From the NCBI GenBank assembly GCA_964016885.1, contig OZ024740.1, positions 96,038,001 through 96,102,000 on the forward strand: DNA of 64,000 nucleotides, given 5' to 3'. A model generated the notes under the pieces. That model was not told the origin of the DNA. It saw only the letters and a list, made by a program, of their open reading frames with translations, and made no database searches. Positions 1 through 16,620 of the stretch are shown piece by piece. A program made the position numbers and the translations under genes. The stretch comes from Eledone cirrhosa (Eukaryota). Numbering within the stretch: position 1 is the stretch's first letter; every line of letters begins with the position of its first letter.

Positions 1-1560
1 AAAGTAGGACCAGCTTTATCCAACTGGATATTGCAGGCTACTACTCCTCAATCTAGCCCATATGACTCAATAAGTCCCTTATTTTAGCAATGTCCAATAC
101 GGACCTAACACACGAGGAGGTGGGTATCATCCACGCCGCCTGAAAAACCTTGATCTGTTTCGGTGGGGACATTTGGACCAGAAGTGATTCGCCAAATAAC
201 TTTGACATCACAATGGGCTACTGCGACTTCGCACAGGTAACGGACCTGGTCGGCCTATACCTGTTGAAGCAGATAGAATAAGAAATCACCTGCCTGGGCG
301 GCGGATTGTATCGAGACGATGCACGCTTCACAGTCTATGATCCCAGCACCACTATGGTGGAGAAAATGAAGAGGCGTATTCGGAATTTCTTTAAGAACCA
401 TGGGCTCAGTATCGAACTAGACCCAAATAGAAAGGTATTTAACTTCCTAGACACCACCCTAAACCTGAACACCGAGCAATAGTCCCCTATCACAAGCCCA
501 ACGAGAAAATGGTATATGTTAACGCCAAGTCAAACCACCCTAGATCCATAATTAAAGCCGTAGTGAAGAGTGTCTCGGACAGGATCTCCAGCCTATCCGC
601 AAATAAGGAGATTTTCTATAGCAACGTGGAATATTACAACGCAGCTCTAAATAAGGCGACGCATGGCCAAAATATACCATATAATCTGAGGCGCCATGAT
701 GGGGATAGCCCAACGGATACCCCGACCCACGGGATGTAGGAGGGGTGGGATACTACCAATACAAGCAGAGTAAAAACAACTAAACACCATGAACCCGACA
801 CCACCACATTGGCGAAGGATATGGGCTGGGAAGTTAGCAGAACACATAGCGACCAAAGGGGAAGTAGCAATGCGGGAACCTCTAGCAACCCAACAACTCC
901 CCAACAGCCCAGGACACGCTCAACCCACCCACACAGGAGTAGACACAGAAAAATCACGGGGTACAACCGACTATACTCAGCGGCCCTAAGGAACAACATG
1001 GCTCGCTCATTCTTTAGAGCAGTAAATAAATGCTTCCCGAGGGACCATAGATACCGAAAGATCTTCAACAGACAGATTCTAAAGCTCTCATATTCTGCCA
1101 CGCAAAATGTGGCCCAGCACATATCTAGCATCAATAGGGGTAGACTTAAAAACCACACACAACCGGAAGTTGGCAATATAGACACTCGGCAGAACCATGT
1201 GGAGGGAAAGAAGGGTATACCCAGTAACCCAAACAGACCCAGGGACCCCCACCAGACCCGGGGGAAGACCACCATATAATACGCAACGGGAATCCCACAT
1301 AAGGCACGCGGACGTCGACCACCTCCTGCAACTGCAGAAACCGAGCAATAAGCCCGCTTAGTAATGAATGCCTGAGGAAGATCTTAATATACGGATGTAG
1401 AGTATAAAAAACAACTCTGAACAAATTTACATAGGAGCCACATCAACGAGCTTTAATGACCGATGATATAACCATCGCCATTCCTTTAATAGGGAGGAAA
1501 AAAGGAAAAGTACGGCTCTTTCCAAACTGATCTGGAAGCTGAAGGTGGACAGGACCGCGT
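1..1560 (+). mobile_element. Degenerate Penelope-like element (RT 3' half plus GIY-YIG remnant), running off the left edge
   Basis: Translated motifs FIQLDIAGYYSSI, FDITMGYCDFAQVTDLVGLYLL, GGLYRDD, FNFLDTTLNL and YVNAKSNHP, then a CNCRNR..PL..ECL..LIYGC linker/EN start near 1325-1440. Many stops and frameshifts. Homologous to 3236-5760 and 61852-64000. Confidence 0.85.
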
Positions 1561-1592
1561 ACTCTCTGGCCTGGTCCAAAACTCACTGTGAG

Positions 1593-1816
1593 GGGAACTT
1601 CCTTCAAGTTATAGGGACTTGTCCGGGACATGTAGACATCCCAGGCCCGGACCTTCCTAAAGCTATATGGACAATAACAACACTTTGGGATGGGAACTTC
1701 CATCAAGATATAGGGACTTCCCCGGGTCATGTAGACACCTCAGGGCCGGGACCTTCCTCTAGCTATATGAGCAACAACAACGCATTGGGATGGGAACTTC
1801 CCTCAAGCTATAGGGA
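1593..1816 (+). repeat. ~100 bp tandem repeat (about 2.3 copies) downstream of the first PLE
   Basis: GGGAACTTCC.TCAAG.TATAGGGA recurs at 1593, 1692 and 1792. Confidence 0.8.
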
Positions 1817-2940
1817 AAGTAGCCCCGCCACACTGAGCCCACGTAAACCACCCCTACATTTTCACCACCCCTAATCTTGCCTCGCTCGGCTCCTATGGCA
1901 ACACAGACTTATGCATATGTCTATACATAGATACTGTTATTTAAGATTGTACATGCACTGATATTAAATATGTGTGTGTGTGTGAGTGTATATGTGCATG
2001 TGTGTGCGCGTATATATATACATATATATATATGGGTGTGTGTGTGTTTGTATAATCTGTCTGTGTGAGGGTGGTGTGCATATGGGATGCACCTGGGTCC
2101 ATGTGTGTGCGTGTGGGCTTGAAACGATGTGGGTTGACATACACGCACATGTACCCTATGCCGAATTAAAATCTGTGGTCCTCTGCATTTCGGATTTTGA
2201 CACTCAGGTTCTGGTGTTTTACACTCCACTCTTGCCTCATTTGCTCTTAAAACGCGCCATCCCATGATAGTGTAAACATTGTAATCCTTTGCACTTCCCG
2301 ATTCTGACACATGGTCTTTCTACTGCAGTCAATATTTTCCAATTCTTTCAAACTTTGATATTGGCTATAAACACACCCACACTTTATTTTCTTTTATTCT
2401 TTTATTTTTTTTTTTTTTTTTTATTTCTTATTTGATATTTGATATTGGCTATAACAGACACGCATTTTATTCTATTTAATTTTTTATATATGTTTTACTT
2501 CCTCGTGTTATTGTATCTTATTGTATTATGTTATTCTTTTTTTATTTGTTTAATATGTTATTTCTTCATTTTACTTTATCTTATTTCATTATCTGTTTGG
2601 CACCCCACCACGTGAAATGGTGGTAGGATTGATGCCAACAACCACACACTAATTCTTCTAAAGACAGCAGCAGTAGAACTAAGGCTGGCCTGCCAGCTAA
2701 CCCCCTAACACCAATAAACACAAGGGAGGAGGTCAGCTGCACTTAACAAAAAGGAATGTTCTCACAAGTGAGCAAAGGGAGGAGAGAGTGTCATATGATG
2801 CCGTAATTCGTTTGTTCGAATTCATATGATTCCAGTTCCTCAGAGATATATGAACCCAACCAGGAGCTGGATATATCGGAGTAGTGACGGAGTAAAACAC
2901 TTTAACAACATGTGTACCTGTCTCTACCACACCAATTCGG

Positions 2941-2995
2941 ACTGCCTGAAGAGGTAACAGCCAATGATGGCTCTCACCGAAATATATATAGCAGT
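2941..2995 (+). ncRNA. Type I hammerhead ribozyme (PLE pLTR type)
   Basis: ACUGC-CUGAAGA-GGU(aac AGCCA auga UGGCU cuc)ACC-GAAA-UAUAUA-UA-GCAGU. It has a perfect 5 bp stem I, an intact core and a palindromic stem III, and is followed by AATAAA. Confidence 0.85.
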
Positions 2996-3131
2996 ACATC
3001 TTTAATAAACGAAGCCAAGTTTTAAATATTTGACTTAATTATTTTATTTTATATTATGCGGATATATATAGATATATATATATATATGCATATGTATGTA
3101 GATATACACACATATGTATATATATATACGA

Positions 3132-3223
<92 letters not shown>

Positions 3224-5020
3224 CTACATATATATGCATCACAAATATGACTTTAATGAAAGCCCCTCTATTAGACTAATATGCCCCTCTACATCAGATA
3301 TAGGTAAGATTAGTAAAGTGATCCTTGACAGAGTACTACTGGAGCTTAATAGAAAGGCTAAGGTCTGCCTCTGGAGCAACACTGACCAGGTCATAAATTG
3401 GTTCACCGATTTGCACGATAAAGCCACCCTGAAATTCATCCAGTTTGATATAGATAGTTACTACGCCTCTATCTCCCCCATACTCTTAAATAAGGCACTT
3501 ATCTTAGCTAGATCTAACAGTAGCCTCACTACAAAAGAAATAGACATAATTCCTGCGGCGCGTAGAACCATTATCCAGTTCGAAGGCTCCCACTGGACCA
3601 GAACCAACCGTCCTGATAACTTCGATGTCACGATGGGGTCCAGTGACTCAGCGCAAGCAACTGACCTGGTTGGGATATAACTCCTACATAAGCTTAGGGA
3701 AGAGATACCGGCCCTACAAGGAGGTGTATATAGGGACGCCGACCTGTTTACCTTTAGGAACCATAGCCCCCGTAGGATAGAGAACCTTAACAAACATATA
3801 CACAGGTTCTTCAAGTCATATGGCCTATCCGTAACTATGGACCTCAACCACAGGGTTGTCAACTTCCTAGACGTGACCCTGGAGTTGAATACGGGCTTAT
3901 ACAAGCCATACCATAAGCCTGGAGAGTGCCTCTTTTATATTAATTATGCCTCCAACCACCCTAAGCAGACTCTCAACTCCATAGTCTATAGTATCTCACA
4001 TAGAATCTCGAGGCTATCCGCCAATGAGGATATATTCAACCAAGCGGCAGATTACAACAATAGGGCCCTGATAGCGCCGGCTTTAACCGAGGAATTTCCT
4101 ACATCCCTAACGCTAGCCTAGAATCCCCCCCCCTTCATAAAACAAATGTTATAGTAAGCCATACCTATAACCCATCACGCGGCGACCTCGTTAAAGTCGG
4201 ATATAATAGAATAGATAACCGCACCAAAGATCACGACCCCGGCGACGGTGAACACTGTAGATTACTCGAACTATTCCCCCATTACAAAACCAACAAAGGC
4301 GACGGCCTACTACCATCGCCTTCCAACCAACATCTTCGTGTACATAAACATGTAAGAGGTAGGAAGAGTGCACCCGAGCATAAAGTGAAAGGGGCACCGA
4401 ACGGGCGACTGCGCATTAACACACATAAGAGCGGTCACCTACATGGAACTACCCGCATCAAAAGTACAAGGACACGTAATCACCACCGTAACGTCCTATG
4501 GTCCCCCCCCCTACTCTCGAAGTGTGGCCTCCAACATACCCCGGATGTTCTTCGAAGCCTTAGAGAAGAACTTCCCGCCCAACCATAGGTATAGAAACAT
4601 TCTTAATAGGAACAATATAAAAATATCCTTCTCTACTACTCCTAACCTAGCAGACATCATAGGAACAACGAACCACAGTAAGATCACCAAGACACAGAAC
4701 CTCGACACAGAAGCACCTACACCTGACAATAACTATATCGGCCTTAACAACTCCCTGGCAGCATCCAATAGTGTTGGCAACGGCATCCGCAGAAGCAACC
4801 AGCATAACTGCAAAATGACTGGGGAACATGAAGGACATGACGTGCGGAATAACAATCGCACCACCCCGAGTGCTGTGGGTTGTAATGGTGCTAACGACAG
4901 CTGCGGTAGCGTAGGTAGCAACGTAGGCAGCAACAATGAGAGCCTTACCGTGGGAAATAGAACCGCGATAGAAATTGCAACTGCCGTGACAGAGGACGCT
5001 TCCCCCTTAGAGGATACTGC

Positions 5021-5404
5021 TTGACTGATAGGGTTATATATAGATGCACTATTACTAGCCACAATAGCGTTAAACATTATATAGGGGCTTCCTCCGGCCC
5101 GTTACAAATTAGGTTTCGAACACATCTCCACTCTTTCACAAACAGAAAACTAAGACACTCGACTTCGCTCGCGGACTATATCACATCACTAAAGGACTTA
5201 AACATCAGCTTCTCCACGCACTGGGAGATTGTCGGCAGAGCTGCACCGTACAACTTCAAGAGGAAATGCGATATTTGCCTCATGGAGCTCTACCACATCA
5301 TAACTGCACCCCACGAGCTCATCAACAGCAGAGCTGAAACAGCGATAAGTTGTACACATTGCTTAAAAATATCCTTCTTCAGATGGGTTAAGGATGAGGA
5401 GTGA
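5021..5404 (+). pseudogene. GIY-YIG endonuclease domain of the PLE
   Basis: RVIYRCTIT..KHYIGASS..RFRTHLHSF..STSLADYI..WEIV..CDICLMEL..INSRAE..C.H. Confidence 0.88.
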
Positions 5405-5688
5405 AATCGTACACCGGATCTCCCTGCAACAAGTCTTAACACCCCCGCGGGCAGGTGGTGCAAAATAACACCCAGGAAACTATCCTTGCATACTAGACCC
5501 AGCCGCAGACAAACAGATGCGGCAAAAAAAAATTGTCCGGGAAAGACTGCCCTAACACCGGCCAGAGTTACCTCCCTTGACCTGTTGCAAAATCAAAACA
5601 AGATATTTTTGCGAGCAATGAACCTTGATGTGGATTTAACCCCAAAAACTCTTCCCGATCAATATACGGAACATTTGTGATTTTTTAT

Positions 5689-5725
5689 GCCCTTGAGAAG
5701 CCCAACCGGGCGAAACGTACGTAGG
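5689..5725 (+). ncRNA. Hammerhead-like motif with variant core (CUUGAGAA) at the PLE 3' end
   Basis: GCC-CUUGAGAA-GCCC aacc GGGC-GAAA-CGUACG-UA-GGU, with a palindromic stem III and GUA site. A decayed inverted homolog lies near 61180-61210. Confidence 0.6.
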
Positions 5726-5783
5726 TGGTGTTTTAAATAAACATGTTTTAACAGTCTATTCTCCGATTTTTTTACTTTCCCAC

Positions 5784-5828
<45 letters not shown>

Positions 5829-5861
5829 TATATATATATATATGTAGTTATACATCTATAT

Positions 5862-5908
<47 letters not shown>

Positions 5909-5920
5909 CACCCACACACG

Positions 5921-6004
<84 letters not shown>

Positions 6005-6092
6005 GGTATGTTATTCTGGGTTGATTCGGAGGTAACCACAGTAAGTAAGGTACTCAATACATTGCAGAGTGTAAACGTTTTAATATAAATGA

Positions 6093-6141
6093 GATTCTAC
6101 AGGACTAGAACTGTTTCATTCTTTAGAAATCATCAGGAATC
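6093..6141 (-). ncRNA. Type I hammerhead ribozyme in a short solo pLTR-like fragment (~6005-6300)
   Basis: Minus strand reads GAUUC-CUGAUGA-uUUC uaaa GAAu-GAAA-CAG uucuaguc CUG-UA-GAAUC. All three stems pair and the site is GUA. Confidence 0.8.
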
Positions 6142-6306
6142 TGGGTATCAAAAAATAAATATGGTATCTATAGGTCTCTTCCGGTGGTAGGAGAGGGTAG
6201 GGAGTGGGATGGGTAGAGGTCATTGGTTGATAGAAAAGGGAATTCATTAAAAGCTAATTCTTCAAAGCTATAGTTTATATTTAGAGTTACACTAAATATA
6301 AACTAC

Positions 6307-6592
<286 letters not shown>

Positions 6593-6609
6593 GCATATAT
6601 ATGTAGATA

Positions 6610-10792
<4,183 letters not shown>

Positions 10793-10794
10793 GT

Positions 10795-11400
10795 CAGGTC
10801 ACCAGTTGGTGCTACTGGTAACATGTATTCCAGTACAACCTGTCCCATGGTCGGGTCGTTGGCGACTAAACTGGCAACCCCACCAAGGTTTCTTGGTGAG
10901 GAGGGTGACTTTGGACATCCTGCAGGACTAAAAACAAAACCTGTCAAAAGGCAAAGGAGCTCTTAAGAGTCAATGGCCATCCAAAATCACCGGGAGAGAT
11001 GACCCCTTAGCCTTTGTCAAGGCAGAATTCTAGGAGAAGGAAAACTCTGATATAACACCTGCAACCCTGATGGTATCCAATGATGTTGACTTGTTCTTCT
11101 TTTTGGTAAATATCATCTTGGTTAAGAGAGTGGGACTGGCTTTGTGCAGTGCCTTTGCTCACTATAAAAGCTTCACGGCACAGGCATTGCTTTATATCTG
11201 GAGATCTCTCTGCACTTGTCGTCACATGGTACCATGGGCCCAGCACTATGTGTCAATAATTGTCACAAGTGTAGTGTTTGTACCAGAGCTTTCAAGTCGC
11301 TGGCTGGACTAAAAAGTCACACTCGTTCAGCGCATCAGTAGGGGTTCTCCTACATGGATATAAAGTAGTGGCCATACTCGAAAACGAGTTGGCAGCCACC
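10795..11400 (+). mobile_element. Non-autonomous bipartite RTE derivative (5' UTR joined to 3' end), ~605 bp
   Basis: The middle matches the RTE 5' UTR at 44600-44790 (TTCTAGGAGAAGG, AACTC.GATATAA.ACCTGC, GAGAGTGGGA.TGG, CACAGGCATTGC). The 3' part encodes [23 protein letters not shown] and ends GGCCATACTCG.AAACGAG..GGCAGCCA, like the RTE end at 48900-48932. Confidence 0.85.
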
Positions 11401-11754
11401 ATATATATATATATATATAAGTATATATATATATAAGTATATATATATCTATATATATGTATATATGTATATACATATATGTAAATATATATATATATAT
11501 ATATATATAATTATATATATATATAAGTATATATATGTGTAAATATATATATGTATATATATATATATCTATATGTATATATGTATATATATATATATGT
11601 ATATACGTATATATAAATATATATATGTAAATACATGTATAAGTATATATATATATGTAACTATATATGTATATATATATGTATATATATATGTATATAT
11701 ATATGTATATATTTACATATATATGAATATATGTATATATATATGTATATATAT

Positions 11755-12717
11755 AATGAAAAATTGAACAGGGACAGAACAGAGAGGCAGTACGATAAAT
11801 GTTTATTAAATTCACGCTCAGGAGAGTGGGGGGTAGGTGGAGGACGACGTTTCGGGCATAAGCCCTTCTTCAGGTGAGAGTTCAAAAGGTGTGTAGGGGA
11901 GCGGTGGAGAGACATATAGCGAAAGGAAACGGTGCGAGTGAAAAATTAACAAATAAAGACAAAAATATAATAAATAATAAATAAAAATAAAGCATGATCA
12001 AAATACAAGGAATGAGAACGTTTAAAAATAAAGGCATGATCAAAATAAACTGAAATTAAAAGGGGGGTAAACAGGTGGTGGAAGGGTGTGGGGTGAGTAG
12101 AGGTGGTGGCGGGTGGAGTGGGGAGAGGGAGACGGGGTGTCCGAGCGGGGAGGGCTGAAGGTGGTGTGTGTGGTTAGGTGTGCGTGTGTGTGTGTGTGTG
12201 TGTATGTGAAAGTGAGGGTTGGGGGAAGAACGGGGTTGCATGTTCAGGAAGGTGAGTGTGGGGGGTGTTTTTGTGTGCTGGAGGGTCTGTGCGTGTGTGG
12301 ATAGGGGGGTGGGGGGAGAGGAATCAGGGGGCTGAGGGTGTAAATATGTGGTGGGAAGCACGCGTGTGTGGTTTAAGCGTGTTGTGGGTGTGGGTGTGGG
12401 TGGCGTGTGGATAAAAAAAATTGTTTTGGGATGTGTGTGTGGGTGAGTTATATAGGTGATGGTGTAAGAGGATGGTTGAAAGTGGTAAGTTACACGGATG
12501 TATGGAGATTTTGGTTGGAAGTCAAAACGCGTGTGGGTAATCCAAGAAGCGGTGGTCGGAAGAGGAGAGAGGTGGGGTGCGCGCACAACAGGAAGTGGTC
12601 AGCAGTGGAAGTGCTGTGGTCAGTTGGTGCTGAGACAGTGGTCGGAAGGGCATAGCAGCACTCAGCGGAATGGTAGGGAGGCGAGGATGGGTAGGTGTGA
12701 GAGTTGGAGTGAGGAGG

Positions 12718-12777
<60 letters not shown>

Positions 12778-13067
12778 ATTAGTAGGGGTGTTAGTGGGAT
12801 GAGTGAGTGTGGAGTGGGGAGAGAAGGGTGTGTGTGGTTCTATGGAGGGAGTGTGGCGTACTGGTGTGTGTGTAGTTTGGTGAGGAGGTGTTAGTGGGTG
12901 TTAGTAGACGGGAGGTGGGGAGGGGTGGAATGCAGGTGTGAGTGGGGGTTAGTGGGGGTAGCGTGTGTAGAGTTGGTGGTGTACGAGGGCGTGTGGGTAC
13001 GTGTGCGTGGGGTTGGAGGGTGTTAGTGATATTAGTTGCGTGTGGGGTGGGTGGTGTAAGTGTGTGC

Positions 13068-13070
<3 letters not shown>
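11755..13070 (-). mobile_element. G/T-rich (+ strand) probable PLE 3' UTR/pLTR fragment with an HHR-like core at 11843-11880
   Basis: Minus strand reads CUGAAGA-A-GGGC uuau GCCC-GAAA-CGUCGUC, then AATAAA downstream. No clear stem I partner. Flanked by TA-rich microsatellite. Confidence 0.45.
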
Positions 13071-13129
<59 letters not shown>

Positions 13130-13269
13130 GTATATATATATTTATATACATATGAATATATGTATATATATATATGTATATATATATATATACATATAAT
13201 TCTTCGAAATTCTACATAAACATGTCCAACAAACCACAGTTACCACCAAATATTTACAGGCATACTTTT

Positions 13270-13813
13270 AAATTCTCATACTCTACATCAAAGAATTGCC
13301 CCGCCCCCTTCCTTTAGCCTGGAAGGGCAGGCAGTTTTTATCTGTCTGGTGGCCATGGCGAAAGAGATAGTATGGTGGACACGTTTGAAAGGGCTGAAGA
13401 CGAGCACTTACCTCTTCGATGATGCCCTGATTAACTTTTTCAAATTTCATTTGAAAAGCAAAATGAGGGTAGAGAGGGAAGTGCTCTCTTCCCAGCATTT
13501 TGTTGAAAGATGGGTGAGAGAAGCAAGTATGGCCCGAATGAATGGGCCTTCTCTGAGTATGTGTCTGTAAATTAAAGGTGGAAAACTGGGAGAGGGCACT
13601 TGCCCTGGTGGTCAGGGCCACTGTGGTCTTTTAATGGGCTTTCTCCACAAATGTCCCTTGGAAGTCTCCCCCCTATTGGGGAATTTTTCTTTGTTATTTT
13701 ATTTCAACCTCTGTCTTTTTTACACGCAGAAATGCCCATTTGTACCGTCCTGTATTGTCCTGTACTGTCCTTAATGTCTACTTTATGTGAACCCTTGTGG
13801 TTAATAAAGAAAA

Positions 13814-13900
<87 letters not shown>
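13270..13900 (+). mobile_element. 3' fragment of an L1/Tx1-like LINE
   Basis: VAMAKEIVWWTR..FKFHLKSKMRVERE..FVERW resembles a Tx1/L1 ORF2 C-terminus. The 3' UTR ends AATAAAG followed by a (TTA)n tail. Confidence 0.6.
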
Positions 13901-14179
13901 CCTTCTTGACATTACAGTTGCTCAGATTATAGCTTCTAATTTGAATGGAAAAAGGCGGGTGATATGTTTATTGTAAATGGTAGCACAGTGGTCTGGATAA
14001 CCAATGATGTGGGTTCGACTGCTATGTACGCCAATACTCATCTTTTTTCCATTTCTGCGAGGGGGTCATAACCCCCTATCAGGCTAAAACTTTTCTTTAA
14101 TTTCTTTAGTCAAAATACGGCGATAGCTTACATTTATAATCATTTCAAACTCGCTCGCTGATTCGAAAATATTATTACT

Positions 14180-14385
<206 letters not shown>

Positions 14386-16374
14386 AGTTTATTGATTCTA
14401 CATAACAGCTTGTCGGAAACAGTATAAACATTGAAGTAAGCATGAAAAACATGTATAACACAGACTATTACAAACATCTTGACAAGAATTTAACAATAAA
14501 TAAGAATCACCAGGAAATTTACTGAGCTTGTAAAAAAAATGACGGCATTAATTTACGATGTCAACGCAACTTGTGGAGTTACTACTACCACGCACACAAA
14601 CACAACAGCACAGGTGCGTATAGAAACGCGTACAATGCACACTGAGCCATTCAGATAAATATACATTTAAGCAAAACCATTTTATTTGACATAGTGACAA
14701 TTCTCACGTTATATCAAATAGCCTCTTCAAGAACTCCTGCTTTATAGTCTGCTATAAATTTTAGAATTCATACAATGATTCAAATTTCATGTTTACATTC
14801 ACCATTTTATAATTTCTTTCAAAATGTAAAATAAATAAGACGATACAAATCTTTGCGTAGGTCATCATATATTCTTTTTAAGCTTGGTCTATCTCGCTTG
14901 GAGATTCGGATCAGTTGGAAGTAGTGTTTGAGCTGATGCCGCCATGGCCCTCGCAGGAATAAGTGGCTGGAGAAAAAGAAGTCTTATTTCTTTTATTGTA
15001 AAATGGTGCTTTACGTATTCACTACTCTCTCTTCCTCTGCAAATCACTTAAAGTATGACTCTCTCAATCTTTAGATTTAACGATCACCCAATCTATAAAC
15101 TTGTCTCTTTGAAGTCAATTAATATTAGTGAATAGCAAATCTTTTATTCGAAATCTCTCATCAAGTTATATATGAAGAACATGGAATACACATTCAACAA
15201 CGCACACCTGCCGGTATTAGTGAGTTTTGCGCACAAAACCATCGTGGGATACCTGCAAAATTATATTGGCAGAGACAGGAAAATGGATGTTGCCAAGTCT
15301 TTAATTTTGTTCTCGCTTATTTGACAAACAAAAATCACAGCATGATAGATTTCATTCTTGAATATGCAAATAATACACATTGATAATTCAGTGGAGGAAT
15401 ATTAGCAAATGAAAGTAAAAACAAAAATAATAAATGGAAAGGTAATAATCAGATTTCTTAACATCCCATTTTCTTTCTCATCAACTAATCTTATGAACAT
15501 TTTATTTCTTAAAGTTTCTCCGGGTTGCTAACAAGGCCCACGTTTATAAATAGCGATATTCAAACTTGGGCACGAAAAATTGCAGCAGAGAGAGTATGGG
15601 TGTCCTAAGTAAAGACTTTGGAGGGCTTTGCGGTTGAGCTGGAATCCGACATTGCTGTCTTCTAAACCGGGTCACAACAGTATCTTCTTATGAACACGAA
15701 ATGCATTTGGGATGGATGAACAATCTCTCAGAAGCTGAGGTTACAAAAGCAGATAAAGTGATCAAATGCTGCAATGTCGCTGGGGGAGATGATATCCGAC
15801 CTGATATGATATAGACCTTAGATAAGGTATTCTCTTGCTAATTTAGTGTGTGCCGGGTTTGGTCTCTGGAAAGGCACAAAAACAATGGCAATCGAGGGTG
15901 ATAACCCAATTCTAAAAAAGGGTAACACGAGCGATTGTTCCCATTAAAGTGGGAACTCCTTGTTAAGTCCCCACCCCCCATGTCTATGCAAAGTGTCTAG
16001 CAAAGTGTCTAGCAAAGACATGGAGGGAGATCGTCGAGTTCAAGCTAGCGGAGAAACAGTGTTATTATCGCTTCGGAAACAGCACAGCTTAAACAAATAT
16101 TCATACTGTAGCAGATCTTGGAGAAATAGTGGACGTATTGCCAAGAGGTATATACTTGTCTTGTCGAAAAGAATATAACCACGTTCTTCGGAAGCTGCTG
16201 TGAAAGATTCCGAAGTGTCTTTGGAGTAACGTTACTCGATAGAAGAGAGTCATGCAAGTTACAGCTGTTAGTTATCGGAATTGAGGAACCACAACTCCTA
16301 TAATATGGGCAAGTGGTCAGAATATTTCAGGAATGAATCGCTGGATAGATTTTACGGGCAAACCCAACCGGTAA

Positions 16375-16620
16375 GGAGGAGGATGGGGAGTATGAGGTGG
16401 AGGATGAGGAGGATGAGGAGGATGATGAGGAGGATGAGGAGGAGGATGAGGATGAGGATGAGGAGGAGGAGGAGGAGAAGAAGAAGAAGAAGAAGAAGAA
16501 GAAGAAGAAGAAGAAGAAGAAGAAGAAGAAGAAGAAGAAGAAGAAGAAGAAGAAGAAGAAGAAGAAGAAGAAGAAGAAGAAGAAGAAGAAGAAGAAGAAG
16601 AAGAAGAAGAAGAAGAAAGG
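16375..16620. repeat. (GAG/GAT)n then (GAA)n trinucleotide microsatellite
   Basis: Direct observation. It explains the poly-R/E/K/S ORFs. Confidence 0.95.

Larger units (their letters stand above)
3236..5760 (+). mobile_element. 5'-truncated Penelope-like element with RT, GIY-YIG EN and a 3' HHR-like motif (CNC..CPL-type linker, possibly Nematis-like)
   Basis: RT motifs IRLICPSTSDIGKISK, FIQFDIDSYYASI, FDVTMGSSDSAQATDLVG, GGVYRDAD and VNFLDVTLELNTGLYKPYHKP. EN ORF at 5021-5404. Flanked by (TA)/(TG) microsatellites. Confidence 0.9.

Noticed and set aside
11070-11312. 80 aa ORF repeated at 54094, 54742 and 55345 as a small gene family
   Set aside because: It lies in the RTE-derived repeat across UTR sequence and out of frame with the zinc-finger remnant. 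It recurs only because the repeat does.
13955-14035. tRNA-like A/B boxes (GTAAATGGTAGCAC..GGGTTCGACT)
   Set aside because: No consistent cloverleaf. At most a decayed tRNA-SINE head.
15540-16330. Possible old LINE RT remnant (PILKKG-like motif near 15900)
   Set aside because: Only one short motif is visible and it is too degenerate to support a call.
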